A DNA stretch of 64,000 nucleotides, taken from assembly GCA_013265495.1 (NCBI GenBank), contig MU058584.1, positions 4,718,508 to 4,782,507 of the forward strand. The letters run 5' to 3'. This document shows, in pieces, positions 37,501-51,371 of this stretch. Source of the DNA: Vicugna vicugna (lineage: Eukaryota). Within the stretch, counting starts at the first letter, position 1. Each line of letters opens with the position of its first letter. The position numbers and the translations under genes are program-made. The notes beneath the pieces were generated by a model. It had not been told where the DNA came from. It did no database searches and saw nothing but the letters and a program-made list of their open reading frames with translations.

Positions 37501-39945
37501 CCCTTGAGGTGACTCTGTTGTAGACCTGCAGCTGGGCGGGACGCACTGGCCTGAACGCCCTGCCCTGGGCGTGCTGGTCCTGTGACCTCTGTTTTGGGAG
37601 CAGTGCTGCTCTCCAGACCTGGAGGGCCGGCTTCCAGTCCTCCTGGCCCTCTCTGCCTTCTCCCCGCCCTTCAGAGGCTGCTTGTTTGCATTGGGTCTTT
37701 TTACTAACTTGCTGCCTTCCGTGTTCTTCTGTCTCACTGTCTAAGAGGCCTCCCCTTTTGCTGGATGTGAACCAGAGGTTCCCCAGCTCCCCTGGGTGTC
37801 TGTGCCCGTGGCTACTGCTGCTGAAGCCTGACCTGAGGTTCCCTGTCTCAGTCCCCTAGACAGGCTGTCCTGTCCCTGGGGGAGGACTGAACAATCTCTC
37901 CGGCTGAGCGTTCTCACTGGGTTGGTTATCTCGGGGCTCGGAGCTTCTGTCAGTCACTCTTGGATGGTGACCAGGGGCTGTCTACTGAGCACCACCTTCC
38001 CCACTCCAGCCAGTGTTTGCTCAGGGAGCCAGAAATGAAATCATGAAATGCATCTAAATAAAATTGCCTTTGGATGCTTCTGATAGAAAAGATAATTAAG
38101 AAGTGGGTCATACCTTTAATAAAAAATTGTGAGGGGCACTGGTTTGGCTGCTGCTGCTTTGGATAGCACCCGAGAGTAGCAGATGTCACCACACGAGTGA
38201 TGAGACGTGGTGGGGAGCAGAGCTGCAGCCCAGTGGCTGTGGATTCTTTTTTTCTGTGGGGCCACATTCCCTTCTCTTTCCTCAGATAAGTCCTGACAGG
38301 AGTCTCCTGCAGGGCTACAGATACTTCAGAATTCACAACCTGTCCTTAAACTTCATTGTCAGCAAGTAAGCAACAACCACGAAAATCAGTGTTTAAGGTT
38401 TATAAGGCCATTTGGCTAGAAGACAGGCATAGTCCTTTTGATTTTAAAATCTGTGATTTTGGGGGATAAGTTTTAAGATGTGCGGTAGTTTCCTTGCGGA
38501 TAGCATTTTTAAGAAAGCTAACTGATCTTTGCCCGAGGTGCGATACAGATTTCTATCTGTGTAGCTCTTGGCAAGATTAACAAAAGAATTTACATTCAGA
38601 AGTAATTTAAAGATAAATTTGGGGGCAGTTTTTAATTGAAAAAGTTGGGAGGTTAAGTCATGTGACTTTAACGTGCCTCTTAATTCATCATTTTATGAAA
38701 ATTTGAGCTCTTGAGGGTTTTTCACGGAGTGAAGAGGAGAGTGCAGTTCTTCACTTGAGATCGGGCGTGTAGTCCCACTTTTCGGTTATTTCTGGTTCTA
38801 CGCCAAACGCACAGACGCCATTCCTAAGCCCCTGGTACACTTGAGCCTCGCTGTTGTTGATGGCCCAGGTTTCTGTGCACGGCCTCACAGAGACCTGCAG
38901 AGCTTGTGAGCAGAGCCCAGGGACCGTCAGAGCATTTGTTAATGTGAATTGGCCGAATAGCAGTACATCCTTCTTAGCGGGAGCTGATGAACTGACAGCG
39001 GGCCTGGAAATGTACAAAAACTCTCTCTAGACGGGGTGAGCAGAAACCAGGGAAAAGTGAGTTCACTAGACAGGAGGCGCATGGCTGTTTGAAGAGAAAG
39101 GTCACCCCACAGCATCGTGATAACGAATCACTACTGATGTGTATATTCGCAACAGAGTCACCACGTTTAATAAGCAGCACCAAAAAATAGACACAGCGTG
39201 GACAGAAGCTCCCTGATGCAATTGGCTGCCTGGACTTAATACCCTTGTGGGTGCTTGGGAGGCGTCCTTGGAGACCAAATTGGGACTGGTGTCTGGGCAG
39301 AAAGCTGCTCTCCGCCTGTTAAACTTCCTTACTGCAGGAGGAAGCGATGAGCCTTATTCTAAGTAAGAATGAACTTTGTACTGGTCGTGAAGGAGAACCA
39401 TGGTTTACATGCAGTTTTGTGGTCTTGCTGCTATGAAAAGTGTTTGCGTTGCTTTTTCCAGTGTATTTGCTTGACTTAGCCACTTTGAACAACGAAAGGA
39501 AAAAGTTAAAAACCTCTGAACTCTGATCTCTCACAGCTCTTGTACATTCTCATTGTGAAGTTGAGGGTAAGGGTGTTCAGAAGCCCATGGGGGTTTTAAA
39601 TGCCTTCAGAACATTGTGCCTGTTCTCGTAGGATGAGCTTTTAAAACACTTTGTTAAAACATGAATCAATTTTTGTAATTGTATACTCAGCTGATTTTGG
39701 ATGCTGCTGATGGCGTAACTAAATTTTTATAGCCCAAAATATATTCTCGTGTGTTGCTTTTCCTACCTTGAGACGCTGTTTCATGCAACGAAGATTGTTT
39801 TCTTTTTGCTGATTTCGAAGAGAAAGAATTTTACTGATAAGTAAACTTTTTTCCCCAAAATATCATAAAACAATTATTTTTTCTTTCCAATAAATGATAG
39901 CATTATGATCTTTAATAAATCTAGTGTTGCCTCTTATTCGTGTTT
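34569..39945 (+). other. SFT2D2: SFT2D2 3' UTR with proximal AATAAA (34839) and distal tandem AATAAA (39889, 39914)
   Basis: The distal signals are followed by GU/U-rich tcgtgtttgtttttt, and repeat density rises sharply after about 40.3 kb. Confidence 0.55.
36610..36870 (-). mobile_element. MIR
   Basis: gggctctgaagtcaaacaggtctggg...gagcaagtgacttcacctctg. Confidence 0.7.
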
Positions 39946-40384
39946 GTTTTTCCAGGAGTCACTGGGCCGAATGAAGATTGTATGACTGTGAGAAAAGACT
40001 GTGTCTTTAATAGGAATCCTTAAAATGGTAGCGCACATCGTAGGCACTGAAAGATGTTTTTTGAGGTAAATTGATGTGTTGTCCTCTTTCAAATGACTTA
40101 GAGATAAACGCAGGTCTAAGGACAGTTTTTAAGGTTTTTGAAAGGTAAGAAATTTCAAGTATTGGGGATATTCTCACGCACTTAGCTGATTTAGTCATTG
40201 TGTAAACTAAGTTATTAGTATAAAGTTTTTAATAACATTTCTTTATTCTTTTACTGTCTGTAGCATTTGTAGTTGATGCCAGTTCTTTCATTGCTGATAC
40301 TGGTTGTTTATACTTTCTTTATCTTGATCAATCTAGCTTGAGGTTTAGCAAGTGTATTGATTGTTTCAAGGACAACTTAGTTAA

Positions 40385-41905
40385 CAGGATTCGAACAGAC
40401 GTTTAACAAAAGAAGATATGTGAAAGGCAAACACATCTAATACAAACTGTATTATCATTATATGCAGTTTAATAAAAACAGGTAAAACTCAATTCCAGAA
40501 CTTAAAGATGCATTCTTAGGTGGTAAAATTATAATGAAAAGCAAAGATGTTATTTGCATTTAAGTTTGGATAGTGATTACTTTGAGAGGGAGGGAGAGGT
40601 TAATGACTGGGAAGGGACGGGAGGGGGACTCTGGGTGCTGGCCGTGTCCTATCTCTTGATGAAGTGGTACTTAGAAGGCGTTTACTGGTACATCATTGCA
40701 CTGTATGTTTTTCATGTATGTGCACTTTGGTGATGTGTTACATTTTACAATAAAAGAACCAGCTTTGGTTTCATTGATTTTTTCACTGTTGGTTGTATGT
40801 TTTCTATTTAATTGACTTCTTTTCTTACCTTATTATTCCTCATACTTACTTTGGGTTTAATTCATTTTCCAGTTTTTTTAAGTTAGATACTTAAATAATT
40901 GATTTTAGATCTTTTCTAATATAATTTAATAATATAAATTTCTCTCTACTGCTTTAGCTGCATCTCACAAATTTTGATAACACTATGTTTTCATTTTAAT
41001 TCAGTTTAAAATATTTTCTTATTTCCCTGTGATTTTTTTTTCTTTGACCCATTGATTATGTAGAAGTGTGTTTAATTTTCAGACATTTAGGGATTTTCTA
41101 GCTATCTATTACTGATTTATAATTTAATTTCATTGTAGTCAGAGAACATATGTGAACATACTCTGAATTACCTTAATGCTTTAAATATGTTGTGACTTGT
41201 TTTATGGCCCAGCATGTAGTCTGTCTTGCTGGTTATTCCATGTATGCTTGAAAAGAATGTGTATTCAGCAGTGATTTGTTCTGAAAACATCAATTAGGTT
41301 AAATTGGTTGATGGTGTTATTTAAGTTCTAACTTTGCTTTTGTCTACTTCAATAAATTACTGAGAGAGACGTATGAATTATAATTTGAATTTAACTCTCT
41401 TTCATTCACTTTTTAAAATTATTTTTTAAAATGATTTAAAACAATAAAAAATAAAACACAGAAATAAGATAAAATATGAAATAAACAAAAATGTACAAAT
41501 CAATGAATTATTACAAAATGATTGTGTAACCACCACCCAGGTCAAGAAATAGAACATTGCCGGCACCCTGAAAGTTCCCTTATGTTTTTTTCCAGTTATT
41601 ACTTCCTGTATCCCTCCTTCACAAAGATGACCAGTATCCTGATTTTATAGGGTCCCTTCCTTGGTTTTCTCAGAGTTTTCTTCCAATTTTTTTGAGATAC
41701 AATTGATAGAACAGCACTGTGTAAATTTTAGGGTGTGCAGCATAATGCCCTGACTTACATACATCATGAATTCATTACCATAATAAGTATAGTCAACATC
41801 TATCATATTGTATAGATATATAAAAAAGAAAACAAAGAAAAAAAATTTTTTTTTCCTTGTGATGCAAAGTTTTAGGATTTATTCTCGTAACAACTTTCAG
41901 ATAAC
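40385..41905. mobile_element. Cluster of old L1 fragments in both orientations
   Basis: L1 3'-UTR and ORF2-like segments (aaccagctttggtttcattgatttt; aacagcactgtgtaa...cataatg). Confidence 0.7.
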
Positions 41906-42819
41906 TCAGGAAGAGGGGGAAAATGTTACCCTGTAGGTAGGACGTCAAAGAACTTGATTTAAGATAGACAAGACAATTAACCAGTAGGCAACATCTGCAA
42001 AAAGAATCACAAGTTTCTACACATAAATGTTTTCTTTTCTAAACAAGCAAGTAAAACTACTAAATTATCATGGGATTGAGGGGATTAAAGGAAGAAATAA
42101 AAGACTATGTCAAATAGTGAGGTCCACTGAGGACCAAAGTTGAAGTTGCTTCTATTTTAACATTTTCATAAATATTCCTCAAGAGGAATTACAGGTGAAA
42201 TGAAGAAATTTACAGGTGATGTGAAGTTCACTTGAAAAATAAAAATTCTGAGCTGATGTAAAAGTGCAGGAAAATCCAACCAAATCTTAGGAATGGTCAG
42301 AAAAGTAAAGACTAAGCATATAGTGAAAAGCAACCCAAATTGTGTTTGAGATCATGGACTCCAACTTGCCACTTGTTACCTTGAGAGGCACTTAGGAGTC
42401 CTTGTGGATACTGGTGGGAGGTATTGTAAACAAAGCAGAAAGTCTTCCCATGGAGTTTTTGTACCAAAACACTGGATACGTTTCTGATGGCCCCCTTCAG
42501 GAGAGCCGTGATGGAGCTGGAAGTGGTTCACAGAATCCCAGGGCTTCTGAGCAGGGTCAGAATGAAAAGGTTGGAGGTCCTTAGGATAGAAGAATGAAGC
42601 CAGCTAACTGGCTTTAAATGAGACTACAATAATGGAAAGAAAGGGAGTCACTGAAAGCACACCCAGGTTGATGTCACCAAATTCTTGAGTCCAAGACCTG
42701 GAGGTACTCCTTGAAGTTAAAGAAAGCCATTTTAGATTCAAATTGTTGCTCTGTAGCAGAGGAGGAAACGTGATGTTTGTGATTCTGAGAGGTAATACAC
42801 TTAATCCAGGTTAGAACCA

Positions 42820-43340
42820 TCACTTGCTGGGGCTGACAAAGCTGTCTGCTCATTCGTCTGTCCACGTCTCTTCCAGCACCCTTCTGATACAGTCTCTTCC
42901 TTAGAACCAGAGTGATCTTTGAAAAGTGCATTTCCCCATTACTTTTAGGGTTAGGCAACGTTCCGTACTTTGACCTACAAGACTCTATATGGTCTTGTGT
43001 GGTCTCGCCTCTGCCTACCATTTTATCTTCATTTTGCCTTCGTCAGTCTCTCTTATTGTCAGATTCTCTCTTGTCCCGTGGTTTTTCACATATTGTTTCA
43101 TCTGCCTGTATTTCTCCTGTTTGCCAGGTTATCTCCTCCTTACCTTTAGACTTCAGAGCAAATCTCGCTTCCAAGGGAGGCCTGTCCTAACCTCTCTGAC
43201 TCAGTGCCATTGTCTGGACAGTCTCTGAGTCCCACGAGAGCATGGGCTGTGTCTGTTTTTGCTAACTGCTGTATTCTAGCATGTAGCATATACCATGCAG
43301 TGGAGAATAAGCACTTAAGACATATTTGCTGAATAAGTGA
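42820..43340. mobile_element. L2 3' fragment
   Basis: accagagtgatctttgaaaagtg...atatttgctgaataagtgaa end. Confidence 0.6.
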
Positions 43341-44812
43341 AAGTGTAAATAGGTATGGGAGGTCACAGACAGGTAGGTAGACTTTGGCCTGCAGACATTT
43401 TGTTTATCTCCACGCAGTGTTTAAAATGTCTTTTGATGTCTTTGGACTGACACGTACCTTTCCGTTTCCTCCGTCTCTGACCTGCCCAACCTTCATCGTT
43501 AGAGATTTAGTTGGGAATTTAGAATGACATTCTCATAGACACCTAGAAATCTAGGGCCAGATTCACTTTTGGTGACAAACCAGAGATGTTTAGGAGGTCT
43601 GAGAAATAGTAGGTTGCCAGTCAGTGGCTTTGTAAAATCTAACCTTTCAGGCGTGGGAAGGGATGAGCTGTTGGCATGGGAAGGTATCTTAAAAGGCTCT
43701 TATGACATTGTATTGGAACTGACCCCAGGCACTAATGAAAGAGTAATCCTCCTTGAATCACCCCAAAGCCAGTAATCCCTAGCGCTGCATGTTGGTGATT
43801 AAAAAAGAAAGGTAGGAGCAGCTGTCTTTTTGTTCAGTTTAATTATGACCCAGTACCTGGGTGAGTGTTAATTTCCTGGTGGCACTGGAGGTGGGTGGAG
43901 AAAGGTGTCAGGTTTCTGCACGCTGCCGGGACTGAATGTGCAGACATGGATTCTGCCTGGTGTGTGCCCCGGGATCCGGATGCTGTTCAGGGGAGCTCAA
44001 GCTCACGAGCTCAGGTTGCGTGGCATTCAGTTTCTGCCCTTTAAGTCCGAGACGTGGGCCACTGTGTGTCTGAGGACACAGCAGTGCTATCAAGTGTCAG
44101 CTAGACCGCACACCTTAATTAACAGCACCCCACCCTGAGCAGGGCAGCTGCTGGGCCTCTGAGGGAGAAGTCCATCAAGTCAGGCCGAAGAGGAACATTT
44201 AGCCCTCTTATTCCCTTTAGCAGCGTTTAAGGCCAGCGGTCCCAGGACTGGGTACCTGCTTTCCCAAGTTCCCAGTTCTGTACATTTAGGTTGGTGTCCA
44301 AGGGTGTTCACAGACAGCCTGTGAACTGCTGACTCTTCTCAGAACAGCCCTGCTTGTGGTGAACATGGAACCCCATTCCTCCCAACTCTTCTCATTTTCT
44401 CTGTTTGAGTGTGGTCCTGTCACCTGCCCGCTCATCCAGCCAGGTGCTTGACCATCATCACATATGCCTTCTCCCCTAACAGATCCATTGGCAGCCAATT
44501 CCCATGGATTCTGCCTTCTAAACAGCTCTCACATCTTCTGTGTCCTCTTCTCTGTTGCCCCTGCCTAGCGCTCCTTCATCACCCCTCTTGAGGCAGCCTT
44601 CTCCCTGCTGACAGCCCCATCGCTTTCCTGTGTATCTTTAACATCACCACCTAAGCACTCTTTCTAAAGTGCCAGTCTTACCGGGCTGTCTACTTGCTTA
44701 AAATTATTCAGCAGCTCCTAATTACCTACAGCAGCTTTTGCTGAACTGGGTCATCTTCTTCATCTTTGTGATGTTCAAGTTTTTCCTTCACTATTGCTTT
44801 ATTATCATTTTA

Positions 44813-44952
44813 TTTAAAAAAATTTTTTGTATATATGTATTTATTGAGGTATAGTCAGTTTACAATGTGTCAATTTCTGGTATACAGCATAATGCCTCAG
44901 TCATAACATGAACACACATATATTCATTTTCATATTCATTTTCACCATAAAC
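44813..44952 (-). mobile_element. Short L1 3' end with TSD ATTATCATTTTA
   Basis: TSD at 44801-44812 and 44953-44964. Confidence 0.8.
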
Positions 44953-46217
44953 ATTATCATTTTAATTTAAACCACATCTCTACTTTTGCGTTTCACTTTT
45001 TACTTGTCCTAGGAAATACTGTCCTTAAAGGCATGGATTTTACATGCGGGTTACACTTCTCTGCTCTAACAGTTATAATAACCAACACTAGTCCATGTGC
45101 CACCGAAAACTGTTTTCTTGTGGGAAATACTGAATATCCAAAACTCCCCATCATTTCCTCCCCAGTCTAATGTTCCACAGGCTTTACTCCTTGATGTTGT
45201 CCGAACATACAACCTGCCAAGACTGAGTCAAGAAGAAACAATTTGAACCAATCACTAGTAGTGAAATTGAATTTGTTTGTAATTAAAAGAAAAAAAACCC
45301 AGCAAACAAAACAGGACTGGATGGCTTCACAGCAAACCAGACAATAAAAAGAAATAAAAAGCATCTAAATTGGAAGGGAAGAAGTAAAACTGTTCCTATT
45401 TGCAGATGACTTGATATTTCATATAGAAGATCTTAGTCTCCATTCCAAAACTATTAGAACTAATAAATTCAGGAGTGTTGCAGGAGATAAGATTAATGTA
45501 CAGAAATCTGTTGCTTTTCTATATACTAATAATGAACCATCAGAAAGAAAGTAAAAAAAAAATCCTGTTTAAATCATATCAAAAAATAAAATACCTGGGG
45601 ATAAACCTAACCAAGGAAGAAAAAATTTATGTTTTGAAAACTGTAAAAAATTGATGAAGGAAATTGAAGACACAAAGAAATGGGAAGATATCTTATGCTC
45701 TTGGGTTGGAAAAATTGATATTGTTAAAATGGCCCTATTACCCAAGGCAATCTGCAGATTTAATGCAATTCCTATCAAAATACCCATGACATTTTTAACA
45801 GAATTAGAACAAATAATCCTAAAGTTCACATGGAACCTCAAAAGACCCTACGTTGCCAAAGCTATTTTGAGAAAAAGAACAGAGCTGGAAGTATAACCCT
45901 TCCAGACTTTAGACTATGTTACAAAGCTACAGTAATCAAAACATCATGGTATTAGCACAGAAATAGACAATGGAACAGAATAGAGAACCCAGAAATAAAC
46001 TCATGGACCTATGGTCATTAATCTACAACAAAGTAGGCAAGAACATACAATGGAGGAAAGACAGTGGTGCTGGAAAAACTGGACAGCTGCAGGTAAAACA
46101 ACAAATTAAGAATATTTCCTCACACTATATACAAAAATAAACTCAAAATGGATTGAAGACTAAATGTAAGACCTGAAACCATAAAATTCCCAGATGAGAA
46201 CATAGGCAGAATAATCT

Positions 46218-46318
46218 TAAAAAAAAATTAATTTATTTTAATGGCGATATGGGGAATCGAACCTAGGACCTTGTGCATACTGAGTGTGCACTCTACCATT
46301 GAGCCATACCCTCCACCC
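46218..46318 (-). mobile_element. tRNA-derived SINE nested in L1
   Basis: TSD aggcagaa(t/c)a(a/c)tct at 46204-46217 and 46319-46332. Confidence 0.85.
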
Positions 46319-47030
46319 AGGCAGAACACTCTGACATAAATAATAGCAATATTTTGGGGGGATCTGTTTCCAAGGCAGGAGAAATACAAGCAAAAATAAA
46401 CAAATGGGACCTCATTAAACTTAAGAGCTTTTGCATAACAAAGAAAGCCATTTACAAAATGAAACAACCACCTACAGAATGGGAGAAAATATTTGCAAGC
46501 AATATGACTAAGGGGTTAATATTAAATATGTAAACAGCTCACACAACTCAGTATCAAAAAAATAACCCAATCAAAAAAATGGGCAGAAGACTTGAATAGA
46601 CATTTTTCGAAAAAGGATGTACAAATGTCTAGCAGGCACATGAAAAGATGCTTGACACTGCTAATTATTAGAGGAATGCAAATCAAAACAACAATGGGGT
46701 ATAACCTCACATCTGTCAGAATGGCTATCATTAAAAAGTCTACAAATAACAAATATTGGTGAGGATGTGGACAAAAGGCAACCCTTGTACACTGTTGGTG
46801 GGAATGTAAATTGGTGCAACCACTATGGAAAACAGTATGGAGGTTCCTCAAAAAACTGAAAATAGAACTACCATATGATCCAGCAATTCCATTCCTGAGT
46901 GTGTATCTGGAAAGAAAGAAAACATTAATTTGAAGAGATATATATGTCCCAGTATTCATGGTGGCCCTATTTACAATATATGAAAGCAAGCCAAATATCC
47001 ATCAATAGACAAATGGATAAAGAAGATGTG

Positions 47031-47032
<2 letters not shown>

Positions 47033-47072
<40 letters not shown>
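47033..47072 (+). repeat. (GT)20 microsatellite
   Basis: Perfect dinucleotide run. Confidence 0.98.
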
Positions 47073-47075
<3 letters not shown>

Positions 47076-48689
47076 GAAATATTACTCAGCTATAAAAAGA
47101 ATAAAATTCTACCATTTGCAGAAATGTGAATGGACCTAGAGAGTATTATACTTAATGAAATAAGTCAGACAAAGAAAGACAAATACTGTATATCACTTAT
47201 ATATGGAATCTAAAAAATAGTATGAATGAATGTATACAGCAAAACAGAAACAGACTCACAGACATAAAAAACTGATGGTTACCAGTGGGGAGAGGAAGAG
47301 GGGAGGGGCATGTTAGGAGTATAGGATTAAGAGACATAAACCACTGTGTATAAAACAAATAAACAAGAAGGATGTATTGTATAGCATAGGGAATTGTAGC
47401 CGTTATCTTGTAATAATTTTTAATGCAGTATAATCTGAGAACATATTGAATCACTATGCTGTATACCTGAAACTAACATACTGTAAATCACTATACTTTA
47501 GTAAAAAATATATTAGGATGCCTCTAAAAGTATGTAAATAAACACAATGATCTTTTTCTTAACAAATACAAGTTTTAACCTCACTGCATCTTGATATATT
47601 AAACAATAAGTCAAGTAATAATTATGTAGGGCTTACTGTGTGCTAGCTGCTAGGTTTTATGGTTAAAATTAATAAAGGCTTATGATATTACAGGCAAAAC
47701 AATTTAGTAATTTAATCCTAGAATGCAGATATGAAGCTCTGTTTTTAAATATTGAAGATGTGATACTGAATCATGTACTAGCTAAGATTTAACCCTGCAC
47801 TTCACGAAACTGTCGGGCTGCAAGGACACCTGAAGAGAAAAAAAAGATGAATGATTTGTTTTCTAAGAAGCTTGACTAGAACCCCTAATTATAGAATATG
47901 CCAGGGACACAGATGTGGGGCTCTTAGGAAATCATTCAGAAAGTAGTAACCCACTGTAGTGGGTCATTATATCTGAGAAAGACAAGGCTTCCATGACAGG
48001 TTATGAGCTTTTTAAAAAAATATATAAAATAATTGGTCCCTTGCTAGTAGGTAAAATGATGACAAATTTAGTGGTGCCACCAATATAGATCAAAGGGAAT
48101 GCTAGATTATTAGAACTAGGGAACACCTCTGGCATCATTTAGTCTGGAGATTTTGGACCATTTTTAAAGTTTTTATATACATTTAAAAAAATGAGAACAT
48201 TTTCCCATTGTTTTCTTTAAAAAACAAGAACTTCCATGACAGCTCAATCTCTAAAATAGAAAAAGGATTTCTGTGGTTGAAGGATGTTCAGTGGGGCAAG
48301 GGGAGGGTGGGGTGGGGAGTCCCACCTGCTAGTTCCCTGTTAACCATCCAGCCCAGCAGAGGGATGGAGGACCCCTCATGAGAAAGCCTTCCTGGCTCCC
48401 TAAAAGTGCACTGGTTTGTACACTGGGGTGCTTTGTACTCAGGTGCAGATTCATTGGGGTGGGAAGGCCATTCCTCTTCTAACTCCTCTCCTGGTTCACT
48501 GCTTATTGGACAAATCATTTTTCCTTCTTTATCTAGTTTTAAAAAAGTCTATTATATAGAGATAATTAGGATCTTTTGATTTTATCATTAAGTTGCTGAA
48601 TGAATGAATTCCTGGAGACAGATGGGTTAGAGTAAGGTCTATCTATTTGGACTACAAATTTGCACTCAGACGTTGGAATGAGGATGAAC

Positions 48690-49020
48690 CAAACTGAAAT
48701 GGCTCTACCATTTACTTGGTATGTGATGTGGCAGGATTCATAATCTCTCATAGCCTGAGTACCCTCCCTGTTTGAAGGAAAGCGGGGTGGTGGTGGCAAT
48801 CATTCTTTACAGAGTTATAAATAGTATATGAGGTCATGTATCTAAACACGTAATACAGATCCTGGCACATAGTAAGTATTCAGTATAACATAATAGTTAG
48901 GAGAATCATCTATCCTTAGGCTCAAATACTGGCCTTACTATTCATTGGCTAGATGCCCATGGGCAAGTTACTTAACCCCTCTGAGCTTTAAATATCTCAC
49001 CTAAAAAAATGGAAATAATC
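48690..49020 (-). mobile_element. Two MIR fragments
   Basis: gggcaagttacttaacccctctgagc and cctggcacatagtaagtattcag. Confidence 0.65.
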
Positions 49021-49262
49021 ATATAATCCTTCCTTCCTTGTCTTGTTTCATGAATGCAATATTTTCTCTTATGTTTAAGTGGGAAATAGTTCTAGTTTTC
49101 TTTTGTTATCTTTTGATCCTGGCATGGTCTCTGTGTACTCAGAATTCCTTTTTTAATTGATTGATTAATTTTAATTAATTATTTTTTTGCTTTGGTCTTT
49201 GACTTCCATGTCGAATGTCTGACAATCCCTTACCGTGGTCATATTTAAGGATGAGGCTCATG

Positions 49263-49754
49263 TAGGCATACCTGGTTTATTGCACTTCACAGATACTGAG
49301 TTTTTTTGTTTTTTGTTTTTAACATTTTGAAGGTTTGTGACAACCCTGCATTGAGCAAGTCTATAGGTGCCATTTTTCCAACAGCATTTGCTCACTTTGT
49401 GTCTCTGTGTCACATTTTGGTGACCACCATAATATTTCAAACTTTTCCAATATTATTATATTTGTTATGGTGATCTGTGATCAGTGATCTTTGATATAAC
49501 TATTGGAAAAAGATTATGACTCTCCGAAGGCTCAAATGATACTTAATTTTTTTTAGCAATAAAGTATTTTTAAATTAATGTATGTACATTTTTTTGAAAC
49601 ATAATGCTATTGAATGCTTAATAGACAGTACAGTGTAAATGTAACTTTTGTATGCACTGGGAAACCAAAAAAAATTGTGTGACTTGCTTTATAGTGATAT
49701 TTGCTTTTTCTGGTGATCTAGAACTGAACCCACAGTATCTCTGAGGTATGTCTG
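49263..49754 (+). mobile_element. Internally deleted Tigger1 DNA transposon
   Basis: Inverted termini (t)aggcatacct / gaggtatgtctg followed by TA. Confidence 0.85.
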
Positions 49755-51371
49755 TAAATGCTAATGGAATGCCTATGTGCCTGGGCAGGGCTTTACGAAT
49801 GTTGACTTTCCCCATTTGACTGGGGTTGGTGATAACTGGGGATGGGTCATTTCACTGAGGAATCACCAAGTCTATTACCTAAGGAGGGTGTCATAGGACT
49901 CTGTTTTCAGTATGTTCCTCACGCCTGTCCTCACCAGTGACTGCTGTCTCTGAAGTACAGATCCTCTCAAATCCCCTTTCTTCTGAAAGTCAATCTCTTG
50001 TTTTCTGCTGCAGTGGGGAGGGACATTAGCCTGGCTGAGGGGTGGAGATCTCAAAAGTTAGCTGTTACTTAAATAAAATTTCAAGATATCTTCCTATTTG
50101 GTCCTAGCCAGAACTACCCACCCCACCCCTTCCAGGAGTATATAATGTATCAAATCCCTGAGATACTACAGAGTTCTGTGGCCCAATTGGCTTGCTTCTT
50201 GGCTTCTCCCCCTGAAGCTTAGATTTCAGCTTTCTCTGATCTGTCAGTTACCACTCAGCCGTTTGCTTTGTCAGTTTCCAAAATTTTGTTAACATCTCTT
50301 AGCGGCTGCTGTTTCCTCTTCTATACTCCTCAAATTGTGGGTTACGTTTTTTATTACCTGAGTGCCATTTTGGACGGGCTTGGGGAGGAGATATCAAAGC
50401 ATGTGCTCAATCTGCCATGCCTCATCAGAAGCATTCACAAATCTCCCACGTTTTTTAAAGGAAGAAGTATGCATATATTGTAAATAAAAAATATCTACAC
50501 CCAACTTGTTAGCAGATGTCATCTCTGAGTGTTGAGATAATGGATAGTTTTTCTTTTCTTGCTTGTATTTTTCAAAATCGTCTATAGTAAGATACTTAGT
50601 AACTAGAAAGCAATTATCCAAGTAAAATGATATTATTCTATAGATGTATAGTCAAAGCATTTTATAGTAGTTTCGAACGCAATGCTTAGTTGAATCATGT
50701 GAATTTTGTTTTTTTTTTCCCCAAGTGAAACAAAGGTGTGGAATGCAAAAATTTCCTATGGTTCAATCTAAACTATCTAATAAAACACAGATCTCATGTG
50801 ACACAGCCTGGAAAGTGGAGTCATTTGTCTAGACAGGCCAGCCTGAAAGTCGAGAGAGTGTAAACCATTTTTTATTTCTAGATGACACTTGGGGTTCGTT
50901 TCACTGCCATTGAATGTGCCGTTCTCCAAGAGCCATTCTTTACTGGGCCCACTGGTTGACAAGATTCATGTGCTAACCTTGTTTTCAGGAGCACACTAAT
51001 TTGGATATAAGTGACAAGAAAAATAGTATTAATTCCTTCTTTTCTCCCTTACTGGTACTTCTGAAATACTTCACATACCTCTGTATAGGAATTCCTTGGA
51101 CACATGCCTTTCTCTCTTCTAGATTGTTACACTTTTTGAAGGTAGGGATCCTCATTTTACTGGTATTTATGGCCATTTGAGGAAATATTGTTCAGTGTAT
51201 CACACAGTGTTTTTCTCTAAAGATTCATAGAAAAAAATTCTCTTGGGAAAATGGCTTGTTTTTATATTAGGAACATAGTGTAACGTATACCAACTGTATT
51301 AACCCTCTTTGCATTGGCTGCTAGGAAGCTCAGAGCCACATCTGTGCCATAATTCTAAGCAGTTCCTTCTT

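Larger units (their letters stand above)
45205..47510 (+). mobile_element. L1 (degenerate ORF2 and 3' UTR) with an internal RT deletion and a nested SINE
   Basis: ORF2p peptides ([33 protein letters not shown]) and an L1 3' UTR. Confidence 0.92.
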
